A stretch of 64,000 nt of DNA, taken from NCBI RefSeq assembly GCF_009834535.1, contig NC_045696.1:45758001-45822000 (forward strand), in the 5' to 3' direction. A model generated the notes under the pieces. That model saw only the letters and a list, made by a program, of their open reading frames with translations, was not told the origin of the DNA and did no database searches. The translations under genes were made by a program, and so were the position numbers. The stretch's first letter is position 1, and the number at the start of each line of letters is the position of its first letter. Source of the stretch: Camelus ferus (taxonomy: Eukaryota). This document shows, in pieces, positions 51,808-64,000 of this stretch.

Positions 51808-53199
51808 ATACCACCAGTATGACTACTTTTATGTTGCAGTTTCTTGAAATTACTTTGGTGTTCAAAACGAGGTTTTTATCCTCAAAAGTTTGGAAACAAT
51901 GGGCCTAGCACAATTTAATATATTCAGCGAGCATGTCCTTCATCTCACGATAATAACCAGAGACTGAATTCTCCAAGAATAGCCAGTGGGCTCTGGTTAT
52001 GTCTGGAGAATGAGTTAAGATCAACAGGGCTGGGAACAGGGAGGCAATATAAAAGTGAGCTTCAGGACGAGGGAGCAGCTACAGGCCCCTGGAGAGAATA
52101 TAAATAGAGACGCAGCGATTGGGTAGATTCAACCCCAGGGAAGGGAGGAAGCTGAGCCAATGCTTGTACACCATGGGTCGCCATGTAGGTGAGAATTGTG
52201 TCTCCCTCACTAAAGCACCTATCCAATAGACGTGAAGTAAAGGCCTCTCATCCAGAGATGCTTGCAAAGCCTTGGATCATTTAGCATATGGATATTCCAT
52301 TTGAACTGTTAAAACCACAGTTCAGTTACATGGGCATTGGGCAGTGATGACACTCACTCCCTATTATAATTTCAAAACTATAATTCATACTATTATTTTC
52401 AATACTGAGAATTCTTGGAAGACAAATCTTTTCTAGGGCAAATAATAGCTGGGACAATTTTCTTATTCTCTTGTTTTTATTTCCACTTGGTATGTCTCCT
52501 TCCCATTTTTCAGAAATGTGGTAAAGATTATTTATCACAATTAATGGAAAAACAATTGTATATGAAAATAAGTGTAAAGATTATCCTACAATAAATGAAA
52601 ACATATGGTGGTTTTGAATTTTGACTTGGAGTGTTCAGGACATGATTTTAATCACATTCTAGGCTCACAGACACTTGCATAATATTGCCATATGTATGTT
52701 TAACACTGTAGAAAAAGTGTTTGCTGCCAAGCCAGCTATAAGAGTTTTCTGTACAATTATTAGCACTGTTCACATTCTATTTATACTTTATGATGTAGGC
52801 CAGGGTAACAGAATTGATGCACACATTCTTCCTGGTTGTATCATTTCTTTCACTGATCCAAATACATATTATTAAGGTCTCATAATTTAGTCCCTATTTA
52901 CCCACTAACTAGTCTATGAACTGAAAATGATATGAATGACTAATCAGCCAAAAATGATCTGAGTAAGCACATTCGTTCCATTCCTATTTGGTTTTCTTGC
53001 TGGCTGAGCTTTTGTGACCCTGTGAAAAATGGCTGTTTGATCTAAAAATGTATTTTATTTCTAGGTAATGGACTATGTCAACTTCCATTTCTTATGGAAT
53101 TCACAGCATACAGTCCAGTATAGCAAGACATTTCTTACATTCTTATTTGCTTGTTCTTTCCCACCACACACTTTAACACAACCAACATCTCAATCATGT

Positions 53200-53535
53200 A
53201 TCTCTTGACTTCAGCAACTGGGTTTTCAATTTCTATGGGTTTCCTTTTATGGAACACAGACAGTTGCTGTAGAACAGTACATTTAGTTTTCCACTCATGT
53301 AGCTTTGAAAGGAGAAAGTTCACCTATTTCTTGAGGCCCTCTAGCCAAGTGATTTTGGCTCCATCTTCTCCAGCTTTTAGTTCTTCCATTAGTGTTAAAG
53401 GATGCTTCAGTGAAACATACTTGTATTTCATATAATGGAGCCATCCTTACTTTCACTTTAACGTTAAGAACATTAAAACTGGGTTTCCAGGATTGTAATT
53501 GTAAGTTTTCCCAGAAAAGTCAGATTCAAACTCAT
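53200..53535 (-). mobile_element. Ancient RTE-clade LINE ORF C-terminal fossil
   Basis: Across frameshifts: FE..WENLQLQSW (cf. FELWCWRRLLRVPW), TLM, GRTKSWRRWSQ (cf. GKIEGRRRRGRQ), WLEGLKK*VNFLLSKLHE (cf. WLDGITDSMDMSLSKLRE). Confidence 0.65.
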
Positions 53536-54075
53536 ATCATTATTGTTATATTAATTTAGTAGTAGATAATTTTAAATAAATATGTATATTATTACTAATT
53601 AATCTGGCAGAAACTGTGATATTCTTAGCTCTGATCAAATCATTTGGTTAGAAGTACCCCAAGTGATGTGACTCTAATAATGACACCTGATGTGTCAAGG
53701 GTCTTCATTTTCAATGAAAGTTAGACTCAATAATACTTTCCTTTTTTTAATGCCAAAATAAACATATGTTCTCTGCAGGTTATAGGGCCACAACTGGATA
53801 GAGAAATGGATCTAGGTCAATAGGAGATAGAATGAAATTATTTCATTTTCTACATTCATTAATTTTGGAAAAAAATTAAATTTTAAAATTTCAATTTATG
53901 AGTCTTTCTTTATCAAAGAGGTTATAGCCATCAGATATTCCCCACACTATTTTTAAAAGTGTTGCTATTTGCTCAGCTACATCATATTTAAATTAAAATG
54001 AAACGTTTAAAATGTTTGTTTCCTGTGTATATTTCTGGTTGTGAAATCTCAAAGATGAAATAATAAAATACTTCT

Positions 54076-54540
54076 TGCATTAGTAAGCATTCTCCCGAGA
54101 AACAAAACCAGTCTCTCAAAACAGATGTATCATAAGGAATCAGCCTATGCAACTATGGAGGCTGAGTACTCTCACAGTCTACCACTTGCAAACTGGAGAC
54201 CCGGGAAAGCTGGTGGCATAATTCAGTCTGAGTCCAGAGGCAGAGAACCAGGGAGACAATGATATAAGTCCTAGTCTGAGGGTAAGAAAAGATGGGATGA
54301 TATATCCAAGCTCAACAGAGAAATGAAAACAGGGAGAACTCCGTCTTTCTCTTCCTTTTGTTCTGTTCAGACCCTCAATGCATTAGATGATGCCCATGAA
54401 ATTTAGGGAGCATAATCTACTTTACAAAGTCCACCAGTTCAAATGCTAATCCGGAAACACCCTCAAGACACATCCAGAAATAATATTTGATCTAAGCATC
54501 TCATGGCCAGTCAAGTAGATACATAAAATTAACCATCATA
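54076..54540 (-). mobile_element. ERVL solo LTR, MLT2B-like
   Basis: tgcattagtaagcattctcccgagaaaca...gcaaactggagacccgggaaagctggtgg...ccagtcaagtagatacataaaattaaccatca. Confidence 0.9.
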
Positions 54541-54721
54541 TATTTTATGTTATAAATGAGGAAACTGAATCTCAACTGAGTCTTAATCTCTGTTAGTGAC
54601 ATGTTAGTGACAGCGTTAGTTGTAGATACTGGGCTTATCATTCCAATCCAGGGTTCCTTAATATGTCTCTCTCTCTTTTTTTTTTCCTGCAGTCCCCTAT
54701 GGAGTAGATCCTTGTAAATAT

Positions 54722-54826
54722 ATTTTTTTATTTTATTTTTTATTGAAGTGTAGTTGATTTATACTGTTGGTTTCAGGTGTACAGCAAAGTGATTCAGTTA
54801 TATACATATACCTACATATATATAGA
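54722..54826 (-). mobile_element. Short L1 3' tail (cetartiodactyl-type)
   Basis: T-rich tail, then attgaagtgtagttgattta...tttcaggtgtacagcaaagtgattcagttata. Confidence 0.8.
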
Positions 54827-56779
54827 TGTTTGTCAACTTAGACATTTACTTTAAATGACAATTAGTTTTTAAAATATGGACATTCCACCTGGGAGTAAAA
54901 AGTCACAGTCCAGTCAACCTCCAAATCTAAACTTCTGTCATGGGACTGTAACAGAAAAACTACTGTTTGTAGAGATGGTAAGATGAGGCATAAAGAAAAT
55001 AAACTATCCTCCCCAAACCCATGTAATAGCAAATACCTGATGCCAAAAAGTTACACTTCTTATATACATTACAATTTAATATTCACAATATATCTGTCCT
55101 AAATTCATCCTTAGTGTATATGCCCTGCTTCAAGTGCTACAAATATTCACCATCAGCTGCTTTCTCTTTTTCTCTACCACATATAGCTACTCATCTGTGG
55201 TATGGTGTCTGTCACCTAAGGATTTGTCTCAAAAGATAAGAGGAACTAACAATTTCTTTTAGTCAAAGACGTTTCAGGCAGTATACTAAACATTTAATAT
55301 ACAATATTCTCACTACAATCTATGACACAGGCTTCATTCCCTTTTAAAGACAAGAAAAATGAACCCCAAGGTTATATAGATGACAAAACATACTACATAT
55401 AATAGAAAGAATTTGAAAAATGTTTTCATGTTTAAAAAAACAAGTCAAGTGTGATAAGCCCACCTATAGTGATGACTATGAAAAAAGTGGCACAGCAGGA
55501 AAAAAATGAGCATATTATGTTAAAAAATATGTGAAAGTGTATGCAAGCTCTCATTTCAAATCTTTAGAAATGTGCATAGAAAAAAGGAAAGGAATTCAAT
55601 GAAAATACAGTAATTCAGCAGAATTAGAACAAGTAAATTCAACAGGAGAGGTGTTAGAGTGGGCAAATAGGGCAAGTTTTTTCTTTTTTTGTTTTCTGAT
55701 TGACTTTTAATGTAGGTATGTCACTTCTACACAGGTAAAAATTCTGTTCTGTGAAGAACTAAAATGCACTAAAATTTAGATAAAACCAAAGATAAAGCTA
55801 TCTGAAAATATTTTTTGTTTGTTTTTAGGTATTTTTAAAAATTCTAAAATATAAATTCATTTCTGTTTCTTAATTATTCACAATAATTCCAATATTATAT
55901 TAACGTTTAATTAAAATGGTCCCAATTCTATCTGGTAATTATTTTCTCCTGGTAATACTGCATAATAAGAATAGATGGAATAATTTTTCACATGTAAAAT
56001 ATTACCCTAGAACCAAGGTGAAACTGCTTCCTGAAAGTTTTTTAGATGTTTAGATTAGCCCTCACTTTTCATTGTGATGAGGGTGAAAACATCCTAATTT
56101 GGCAGCTGCTCCTCTTTTATCCTGTGCTTTTACATGCAGCTGCACATTAAATGTTTTAAAAACAATTTCAACCAAAACCTGCCTTCCCTGTAATAAATAG
56201 GAATAAAACACAGAAATACTGAAAGATTTTGTCTGGCTTGCTTTTTCTTTCTTTTTTTTCTCCCAATTGGCACAGAAGTAATTTGGCTGCAAACCATCAC
56301 TTCTTCATAGCATGCTTGACTGTTTCGCTCATTACTTTTTAATTGAAAAAAGAAGAATGTTTAAAGAGAGAAACAGGAAAATGACTTTTGTTTTTAGATG
56401 AGAGCCTCCTTTGTGGCACTTGGGCTTAAAATCATGGTAGTAAGAAAAACAGTTTGGTAATAGCTCAGAGTTTGGGTTGTGTTGAAAAGAGAAAGAGAAA
56501 AAGAAAAGGAAGGAGAACCTCAGACAGATATTCAAGGTCAGAATCGTGCATGATTGGCAAAGTTTTCCTTTGGTCCTTTTTGTACTGCGATGACTAAGAA
56601 ACACTTTAAATGCCTTATGAACAGGTATTTAAAGACAAGGTTCCTTAGCAGAGCAGTAAGCCTGAGGACTAAGTTTTAGGGTAGATGACCAAAGGGAGAG
56701 ATTGAAAAGAGATGACAAAGTAGCATAGACATTTGAATACTACAAATCTTAAGGCATTTAGTCTAAACAGATTAATGTG

Positions 56780-59700
56780 GCTTCCTGTCACCAGACTAGC
56801 CCTCTGGCAGATAATAATGATAATATCTGGACAAAAGATTAAAAAAAAAATTAACACACTGGAAAATGACCAAAAAGGCAAAAAACAGAAACTTTAATTC
56901 TTGCAGAAAAGGAAGTACACACGATAGAATTCACATTTATATGGCTTTTCCCCAGAGGACATTCCCAAGTCTGTACAGGGCTGGCAAACAGAGATCAAGC
57001 AAAAAGTTACAGCTTTTTTTTTTCTCACTTTATTTTATTTTACTTTGTTTTGTTTTATTGCTTTAGGCATCAAATTAAGTAGTATGGTGAAAATCATGGG
57101 ATGAAATTCCATAAAGAAAGATCTAACAATGGAGGAAGACCCAAAATTATCACATATTCTTCCCTTATACTCTTGGCTGACCTCTGAATGGCAAACACAT
57201 AGGGAAGATGTGAAGAACCTTGAAGGAAGATAAGAGTTGGAAAGCTCAAAGTTAATAAGCAGGGGTTTCAGGGATTTCCCACTCCATAAGAGTATGGAGT
57301 GTGAATTCGTCCACATTAGAGGAACTTGGTAGGCACCTCAGGTTTTTACCTGAAATCAAGATTTTTACATTAAAAATAAGTCTGCACAAACTCAAAGTGA
57401 TCGACAACTAAGTGCACTGTCTGTCTCATAGAACAGAAAGCAACACTCTTCAGGGGAGGATAATAGAATCAACAATCACAATAAATCAGAAATTCTATGA
57501 AAAAATTAGCAGATAATTACATAAGCAGAAAAATATGACCAACTATCACGTTCACATGCAAAAGCAGTCAATAGAAACAGACAAAATGTGTCTAAAATGT
57601 TGGAATTAGCAGACAAAGAATTTAAAGTAACTATTGTAAATAGGTTCAATGTAGTAAACCAAAACTATGCTCATAATAAATAAAAAGTAGGGAATTCTTG
57701 CATTGAAAATGTAAACTATTTTTTGAAAGGACTAAACATAAATTCTAGAATGGAAAATTACAATATACAACAGGAAAATTTTCCTTGATGGACATAAAAG
57801 CAGATTGAAGAGAAAAGAGAACTGAATGGTAAAATTAAAGACAGATTAAAAGAAATGATAATCTAAAGAACTGAGAAATAAAAGATTGAATAGTAAAAAT
57901 CAGGTTCTCAATGACCTGTCAGGTAATATGCATCAAGTCTAATATATATGAAGTAGAGTCCAAGAAGGAAAGGAGAAAAGTGGATTACAAAAATATGTTC
58001 AAAGAAATGGCCAAACATTTACCAAGTTTTGTTAAAATATTAACTTGCAAATTCATAAATCTAAATTAAATCCAAGCTGGATTAATACAAAGAAAACCAC
58101 ACCTGGGTATATACTGTCGCATTGTTGAAAACCAAATATAAAGACAAAATCTTTAAAGCAGCCAGACATAAAAAGTCAAATAACACACAGGGGAATAAAT
58201 ATATGTATGAGGGCTGGCCTCTCACTTGAAGCAATAAGAGCCAGAAGACAAGAGAACAATACCTTTGATATTCTATAAAATATAAGTCAATTCTGAATTT
58301 TTTTTCTTAAAAATACTCCAAAATTAGTGAGAAATCAAGTGGTTTTCAGGTAAGTGAAAGCTGAGAATGCATCACCATGAAATATCAGATTTGTATTATT
58401 AAAAATGGAAAACAGAGTGTATGGACCAAAGGTATATATACAACATAAATCTACAGAAAGAAAGAGCACTGGAAATGATAAATATGTGAGTAAATATAAA
58501 ACCAAAATTCTCCCTTAATTTGTTTAAAGGACCTATGCTTGCTAAAAGCAAAAGAGTATAGCACTATATTGTTGGGTTTATGATGTCTGTAAATACTACA
58601 AAGTATTAAAAAAAATAACAAACAATGAGAGGATAAAGAGGTACAAAATTAACTCTAAGTAGAGTGACAAATTAAGGAGATATATACAATGCCTAGAAAA
58701 CCAGTAAAAATAACACAAAGGTATATAATTAAAACCAATGGAGGAATCAAACCAAAATATTAAACTGAAATATTAAAGTGATTTTTTAAAAGGGCTGGAA
58801 AGAAGGAAGAGAAAAACAAAAATCAGGTGGGACAAACTGAAAACAAATGGCATAATAATAGGCTTCATTCAAACTGAATTAATATTTAGACTAAATGTAA
58901 ACTGTTAAACACTACAATTAAAAGGAAGAGACTTTAGATTTGATAACAGAAAGCAAAACCCAACTATACGCTGCCCATAAAAAAGGCATTTAAAATAAAA
59001 AGAAGTAGGATTAAAATATATATGCCATTCAAATACTGATCACAGAAAAATTAAAATAGTTATATTCATATAAGCAAACTGTGAGTTCAAGACAAGAAAT
59101 ATTGCCAGAAATTAAGAGGAACATTTTATGATAATAAAAAAGTATATCCATCAAGAAGACACAACAATCCTTAATGTGTATATACATTAATAACAAAGCT
59201 TCAAAACACGAGAAACAAAAAACAAAAACTAACAGGCAGATAAATCAATAGTCATAGATGGAAGTTTAAACACTTCTTTCTCAGTAATTAATTTTAAAAA
59301 GCTATACAAAAAACTAGAAAATTTTTACAATTTACAATATCAAACTGCTTGTTCTAACTGACATTCATAGAATGCTTCATCCAACAAAGACAGAAAAATC
59401 ATCTCTAGAAATGCATATTAAATTTTCAGCAAGATCGGCCATATCTGGACAAAGATAAATCTTAAATTGCAAGATGCTCAAAATTAATTCACATCAAAAC
59501 TGAATTAGAAGTCAATAACAAAGTTAAATTTAAAAATTAATAATAACCTGGATATCTAAAAAGCTCCAAATGTAAGAAAATTAAACAATCTACACTGTAT
59601 TCTAAATTACCTGGAACTGGGAAGAAACCAAAGGCATTGGAAATTATTTCTGATTTAATACTAACTAATAATAAAAATATAGTATATCAAAATTTGCAAA

Positions 59701-61800
59701 ATGAAGTGCTTAGAAGGAAATGCATAGCTTTAGAAACTTTTACTAGAAACAAAGAAAGGTCTAAATTGATGACTTAAATTATTACTTTAGGAAATTAGAA
59801 AAAGAAGAACAAATTATGCATAGGCAAAAGGAAGTAATAAAAATAAGAACAGAAATTTAAAAAGTAGAAAATAAAAATAGACTGGTCCAGAAATTAAGAG
59901 AGAAAACAGAAATTAATTAGTAAGGAAATAAAAGGGAATGCCTTTACAGATACTAAAGACTTTTAAATGATAGTAAGGCAATTGTATGACAATAAATGCG
60001 ATGGATTATATGGAAAAAAAAGGGAAAAATAACACAACTCATCAAAACTAACACATGGAAATTGAAAATATGAATAGACCTGTATCCATCAAAAACAATG
60101 AATTTTTTTTATCTAAAGCTTCAATCCAGATGATTTCAATGACCAGGTCTATCAAATATTTTAGGAAATTATGTCAAACTTACAAAAATCCTTCAGAAAA
60201 CAGAAAGTACACCCCCCAACTTATTTTCTGAGACCAGCATAACTTTGATGCCAAAACCTGGCTAAATATTGCCACAAAAGAAAACCACAGACCAAAATCT
60301 CTCATAATTATGGAAACAAAATCCTTAACAAATTATTAAAAAATAGAACTTGGCTATCTATACATAAAAGATACATCAAGGTTTATCCTAGGAATACAAG
60401 GTTGGTTTATATTTGAAAATAAATATAATTCACCATATTAACAAAATATAGAGAAGAAAATCACATAATCATCCTAATTTGAAACAAAGTGCTCGACAAA
60501 ATTCAACAACCATTTGTTATTCAAAAACAAAGCAAACTCAGAAATCTAAGAACAGAAGGGAACATCCATTATTGATAAATGGTGTAAAATGAAAAACCTA
60601 CAGCTAGCATCATATATAATTTTAATATGACATACTGAACACTTCCCTGCTAAGGCTGGGACAAGAAATATGATTATTTTCTACTTCTTTTCATCATTAT
60701 TATAATACATCCAGCTAATACAAATGCAATTTAAAAAGAGATGAATATTGTAAATGAAGAAATAAGTTTCTATATTTGATGAGGGCATGAACACTTATGC
60801 TCTCAAAGTCCTAAGCAACCTACTCCAAAATATATAAGAACTGTACTGGTTTCCTAGGGCTGTCCTAACAAAATACCACAGTGTGAGTAGCTCACACAAC
60901 AGAAATTTATCTTCTTACTGTACTGGTTTCCTAGGGCTGTCCTAACAAAATACCGCAGTGTGAGTAGCTCACACAACAGAAATTTATCTTCTTACAGTCA
61001 AAGATCAGGGCACGTGCAAGTCTAGTTTCTTCTGAGGCCTCTATCTGCGGCTTGCAGATCGTCAAATTTTCAGGGTGCTCAAAAGCCCCTTCCTCTGTGT
61101 GTGCATACCTGCCTGTCTCTTTGTCTGTCCAAATTTCCTCCTCTTACAAGAACACCAGTCAAACTGGGTTAGGGCCTACTCTAAGGGCCTGAATTTAACT
61201 TAGTCATCCTTTTAAAAGCTCCTATCTTCAAAATACTCATTCTGAGGTACCAGGGGTTATGCTTCAACACATGAATTTTGAGAAAACACAATTTAGCAGA
61301 TAACAAGAACTTATAAGCGAATTTACCAATTATGAAGGGTATGATCAAAAATCCCATGGTATTTCAATACATTAGCAGCAAAAGCAAATAGAAAACAAGA
61401 TTTTAAAAACAAAACAAAACAAAATCATTTAAATTAAGCAGCATTAAAACCAAAAAATACTCACATAAAAATTAACAAAAGATATGCAGTATGACAGTGA
61501 AAAACTGAACTACTCATACACACATCATGGAAGAATGTTGAAACATTATGGTGAGGTGGAAGAAGCTAAAGATAACGAAGTTCAAGAGGGGGAAAAACTA
61601 CTCCATGGAAATAAAAATCAGAACTATGTTTACCTATTTGATTGTGGGTTTTCTTGAAGGAGGATGAGGGAATTTTCTGATACGATTTATATGTTATATA
61701 TCTTGACTGTGCAGTGATTAAAAGATACTCATTTCTCAAAACTCACTGAATTGTACACTTAGGATCTGTCCATTCACTGTATGTAAATTTTACTTTAAAT
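56780..61800 (+). mobile_element. Old, internally deleted L1M element (5' UTR, ORF1, ORF2, 3' end), interrupted by MLT1B
   Basis: ORF1-like aagaaaaccacacctgggtat...aaatctttaaagcagccaga; EN caactatacgctgcc; RT ggtttatcctaggaatacaaggttggttt; 3' end tgtacacttaggatctgtccattcactgtatgtaaatt. Confidence 0.88.
60842..61305 (-). mobile_element. MaLR solo LTR, MLT1B-like, with a 77 bp internal tandem duplication
   Basis: Perfect 5 bp TSD AGAAC at 60837-60841 and 61306-61310; cattctgaggtaccaggggttatgcttcaacacatgaatttt. Confidence 0.9.
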
Positions 61801-61844
61801 GTGTGTGTATGTAATGTTGGAGTAAGGTATAATACCAATTTCCA

Positions 61845-62090
61845 GGGAGGTGGCATCCTATAAAAATTAAGAGAGTAAGCTTTGAAGTCAGACCAAGAAA
61901 ATTTTAATCCCAGACCTGTCAACCCATTGTTTTGTAGCACTGGATGATTTTTATAACTTGTCTTGCCCTATGCTCTCTAGGCAGAAAACTGGGGGTAATC
62001 ACAGTATCTAACACATAAGAGTTATCCTGAAGATTAAATAATGTATGAAAAGGTATAGAACAGTGTTTAACATATAAAACTTACTCAAGA
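61845..62090 (+). mobile_element. MIR SINE, decayed
   Basis: ttaagagagtaagctttgaagtcagac...ttttaatcccagac; gaagattaaataatgtatg. Confidence 0.7.
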
Positions 62091-62814
62091 GTAGTAAAAA
62101 TTATGATTAAGATGCAATAGTTTGGGGTTTTTTTTAATAAAGGAAATAGTAGTTTCTCACATAGACTGAATTGTCTTCTAATGGGCAGTGTAATAAAATG
62201 CATGATATCCAGGAGCAAAGTCAGAGATGGATCAAGGATAAAAAGGTAACAGCAGAGAAGCGGCTGCAGTTAAGGTAAATGTCAACACTAGCAAATCAAA
62301 GGAGACTGAAGGATTCAGTGACATTTCTCAAAGATACTGAGAGCATGAAATGAAGTGCAACATGAAAAATTACTTGGCTGGTGTCTGGTATTGAGTAAAC
62401 TCTCAATAAGTGGTCAAATTGAATTTATTTATATTCACACCCAACTTTTTCCAAAACACAGATACTAATAAACATAAGAAATCCTTTAGAAAACAATTAT
62501 TTTATTCAGAAAATACACCATATAAACTAACCCCTAATAGTTCATCCCAATTAGCTGGTATTCCTTTTCACAGGATATATTTGGAGCAGATTAATGTGGT
62601 GGCCTTAAAAAATTTACCCCATAATATAAATCCATATATCTGAGTGAAAGATGTAAAGATGTTTTCCTTTGTTACTCAGTTACACTTATTCCATTTTAGT
62701 TTCCCCTCAAATCAAAGCATTTTTATCATCCCTATCGTACTTGTAATCTATTACCCTTTGATACCTAGTTTTAAATGTACCTGACAATGTTCAGATCTCA
62801 GCCAGTTTCATTTA

Positions 62815-63148
62815 TATATATGATATATATATATTTTCATTTATATATAAAATATATATATATAGAGAGAGAGAGAGAGAAGAAAGAGAAAGAAATACAC
62901 TATTTGATACATGTGGAATCTAAAAAAAAAAAAAGACAAGCTTATTCACAAAAAGAAACAGACTCACAGACACAGAAAACAAACTTATGGTTACCAGAGA
63001 GGAAAAGGAGTGGGAAGGGATAAATTGGGACTTCAAGACTTGCAGATACTAATACATATAAAATATGTAAACACTAAGTTTATACTGTATAGCACAGGGA
63101 ATTAACTATATTCAATATCTTGACACAACATTGTAAACTGACTATTCT
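62815..63148 (+). mobile_element. L1 3' fragment without a poly(A) tail, preceded by a (TA)n(GA)n tract
   Basis: gaaacagactcacagacacagaaaacaaacttatggttacc...acacaacattgtaaactgacta; flanks tcag(c/g)cagtttcattta at 62798-62814 and 63149-63165. Confidence 0.85.
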
Positions 63149-64000
63149 TCAGGCAGTTTCATTTAGCTTTTGGATTTTTAAAGCACTGAAAACTTTGTCA
63201 AATAGGTAGATACTGAAGGACTTAATATATAATGCTGTCTACTCAGAAATTCTTCTCTTAATCATATTGCTTATCACAAGGGTTATTTTAAGTATGTGAC
63301 TTTGACATAATTCTTTTTATTTCCCCCTCAACAAAATAATTAAACATAATTTTCTATCCTATTTTTGGTCAATTTTTGATGATTATAAATTAAATTTGCA
63401 GGCTCTGAATTATTTGCATTTTTAGTATTTAAGATTTTTTAAACTTCTTCAATATTGATCTATTAATCTTCAATATTGATCTAATAATCAATCAGCAGAT
63501 CCTTTCCAAACTAAGGGTCAGGAGAGAGTCAAGCAGAGATGAAATACTGAAAATCAGTTATTACTTTTACTGTTCATCCAGAGACCTCTTAAATTACAAT
63601 GGAAAAAAATTAAAACTATCTTAAGTATTCTCTATCATAGAATAATTTGAGGAAAGTAGGTAGAAAATAAAGAAATTTTGGATATACCTGTCAAAACCAC
63701 ATAATTTCTCAATAGGAATTTTCATTAAAATTAATCCAACTAACTTTCAGCTTTGCCAACATGTTTCATGGGCAGATAAAGATGACATATGATGTAATTT
63801 GTGGAGTTTTCACATACAAATACATTAATAAAGAGAGATTTCTTAGGGCAACAATCACCAGTCTATTCCTAACAGTGTTGATAAAAAAGAGACATCACAC
63901 CCAAAATAGAGCCCTTGTGCTAAGCCCACTTCACCAGACCAAGGCTTAATACCTAACCTAATTGCAATTACAACTTCCCCAGGAATGTAGATCTGTCAGT

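Noticed and set aside
53135..53323. GKNKQIRM resembling a pseudouridine-synthase motif, or a host coding exon
   Set aside because: A single short match; joining to the candidate exon at 56066-56187 puts a stop in frame, and the upstream sequence is better explained as RTE-derived
63446..63487. 21 bp tandem duplication (similar short ones at ~1067-1088 and ~39005-39059)
   Set aside because: Ordinary slippage-type duplications; two copies only, with no spacer structure
1..64000. CRISPR arrays, operons, tRNA/rRNA genes or known miRNA hairpins
   Set aside because: The sequence is mammalian, and by eye I found no repeat-spacer array or recognisable structured RNA; an Infernal/Rfam scan would be needed to exclude small RNAs

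Overview
AT-rich, CpG-depleted mammalian non-coding DNA. The 3' UTRs of the youngest L1s, with no recognisable Alu, Bov-tA, PRE-1 or Can-SINE, suggest a camelid or other non-ruminant cetartiodactyl; this is inferred from recalled repeat consensus, not a database result. I can support no intact host protein-coding gene, RNA gene or CRISPR array. A large share of the window is transposon-derived: old and young L1s, MaLR/ERVL/ERV1 solo LTRs, Tigger and hAT DNA transposons, MIR and L2. Translating the apparently unique DNA revealed several very ancient coding fossils. (1) A 165-codon, ATG-initiated, stop-free minus-strand ORF (16389-16886) derived from a non-LTR reverse transcriptase, about 45 bp downstream of a same-strand MLT1A LTR. 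(2) An RTE/BovB-clade C-terminal fossil (~53200-53535). (3) CR1/L3 RT fossils (~9140-9670, and a head-to-head pair at 28060-28445). (4) A probable hAT transposase C-terminus (~48490-48720). Other points of interest are an L1 flanked by a ~100-135 bp direct repeat, an L1/L1 chimera, a tail-less L1 with a target-site duplication (TSD), a compact AP-1/ETS/TATA/NF-kB cluster (~34.9 kb) and a CpG-rich patch with a consensus CTCF site (~43.0 kb). I cannot demonstrate a new biological system; the LTR plus RT-derived ORF is the best candidate for follow-up. Repeat subfamily names come from memory and boundaries are approximate unless a TSD is given.
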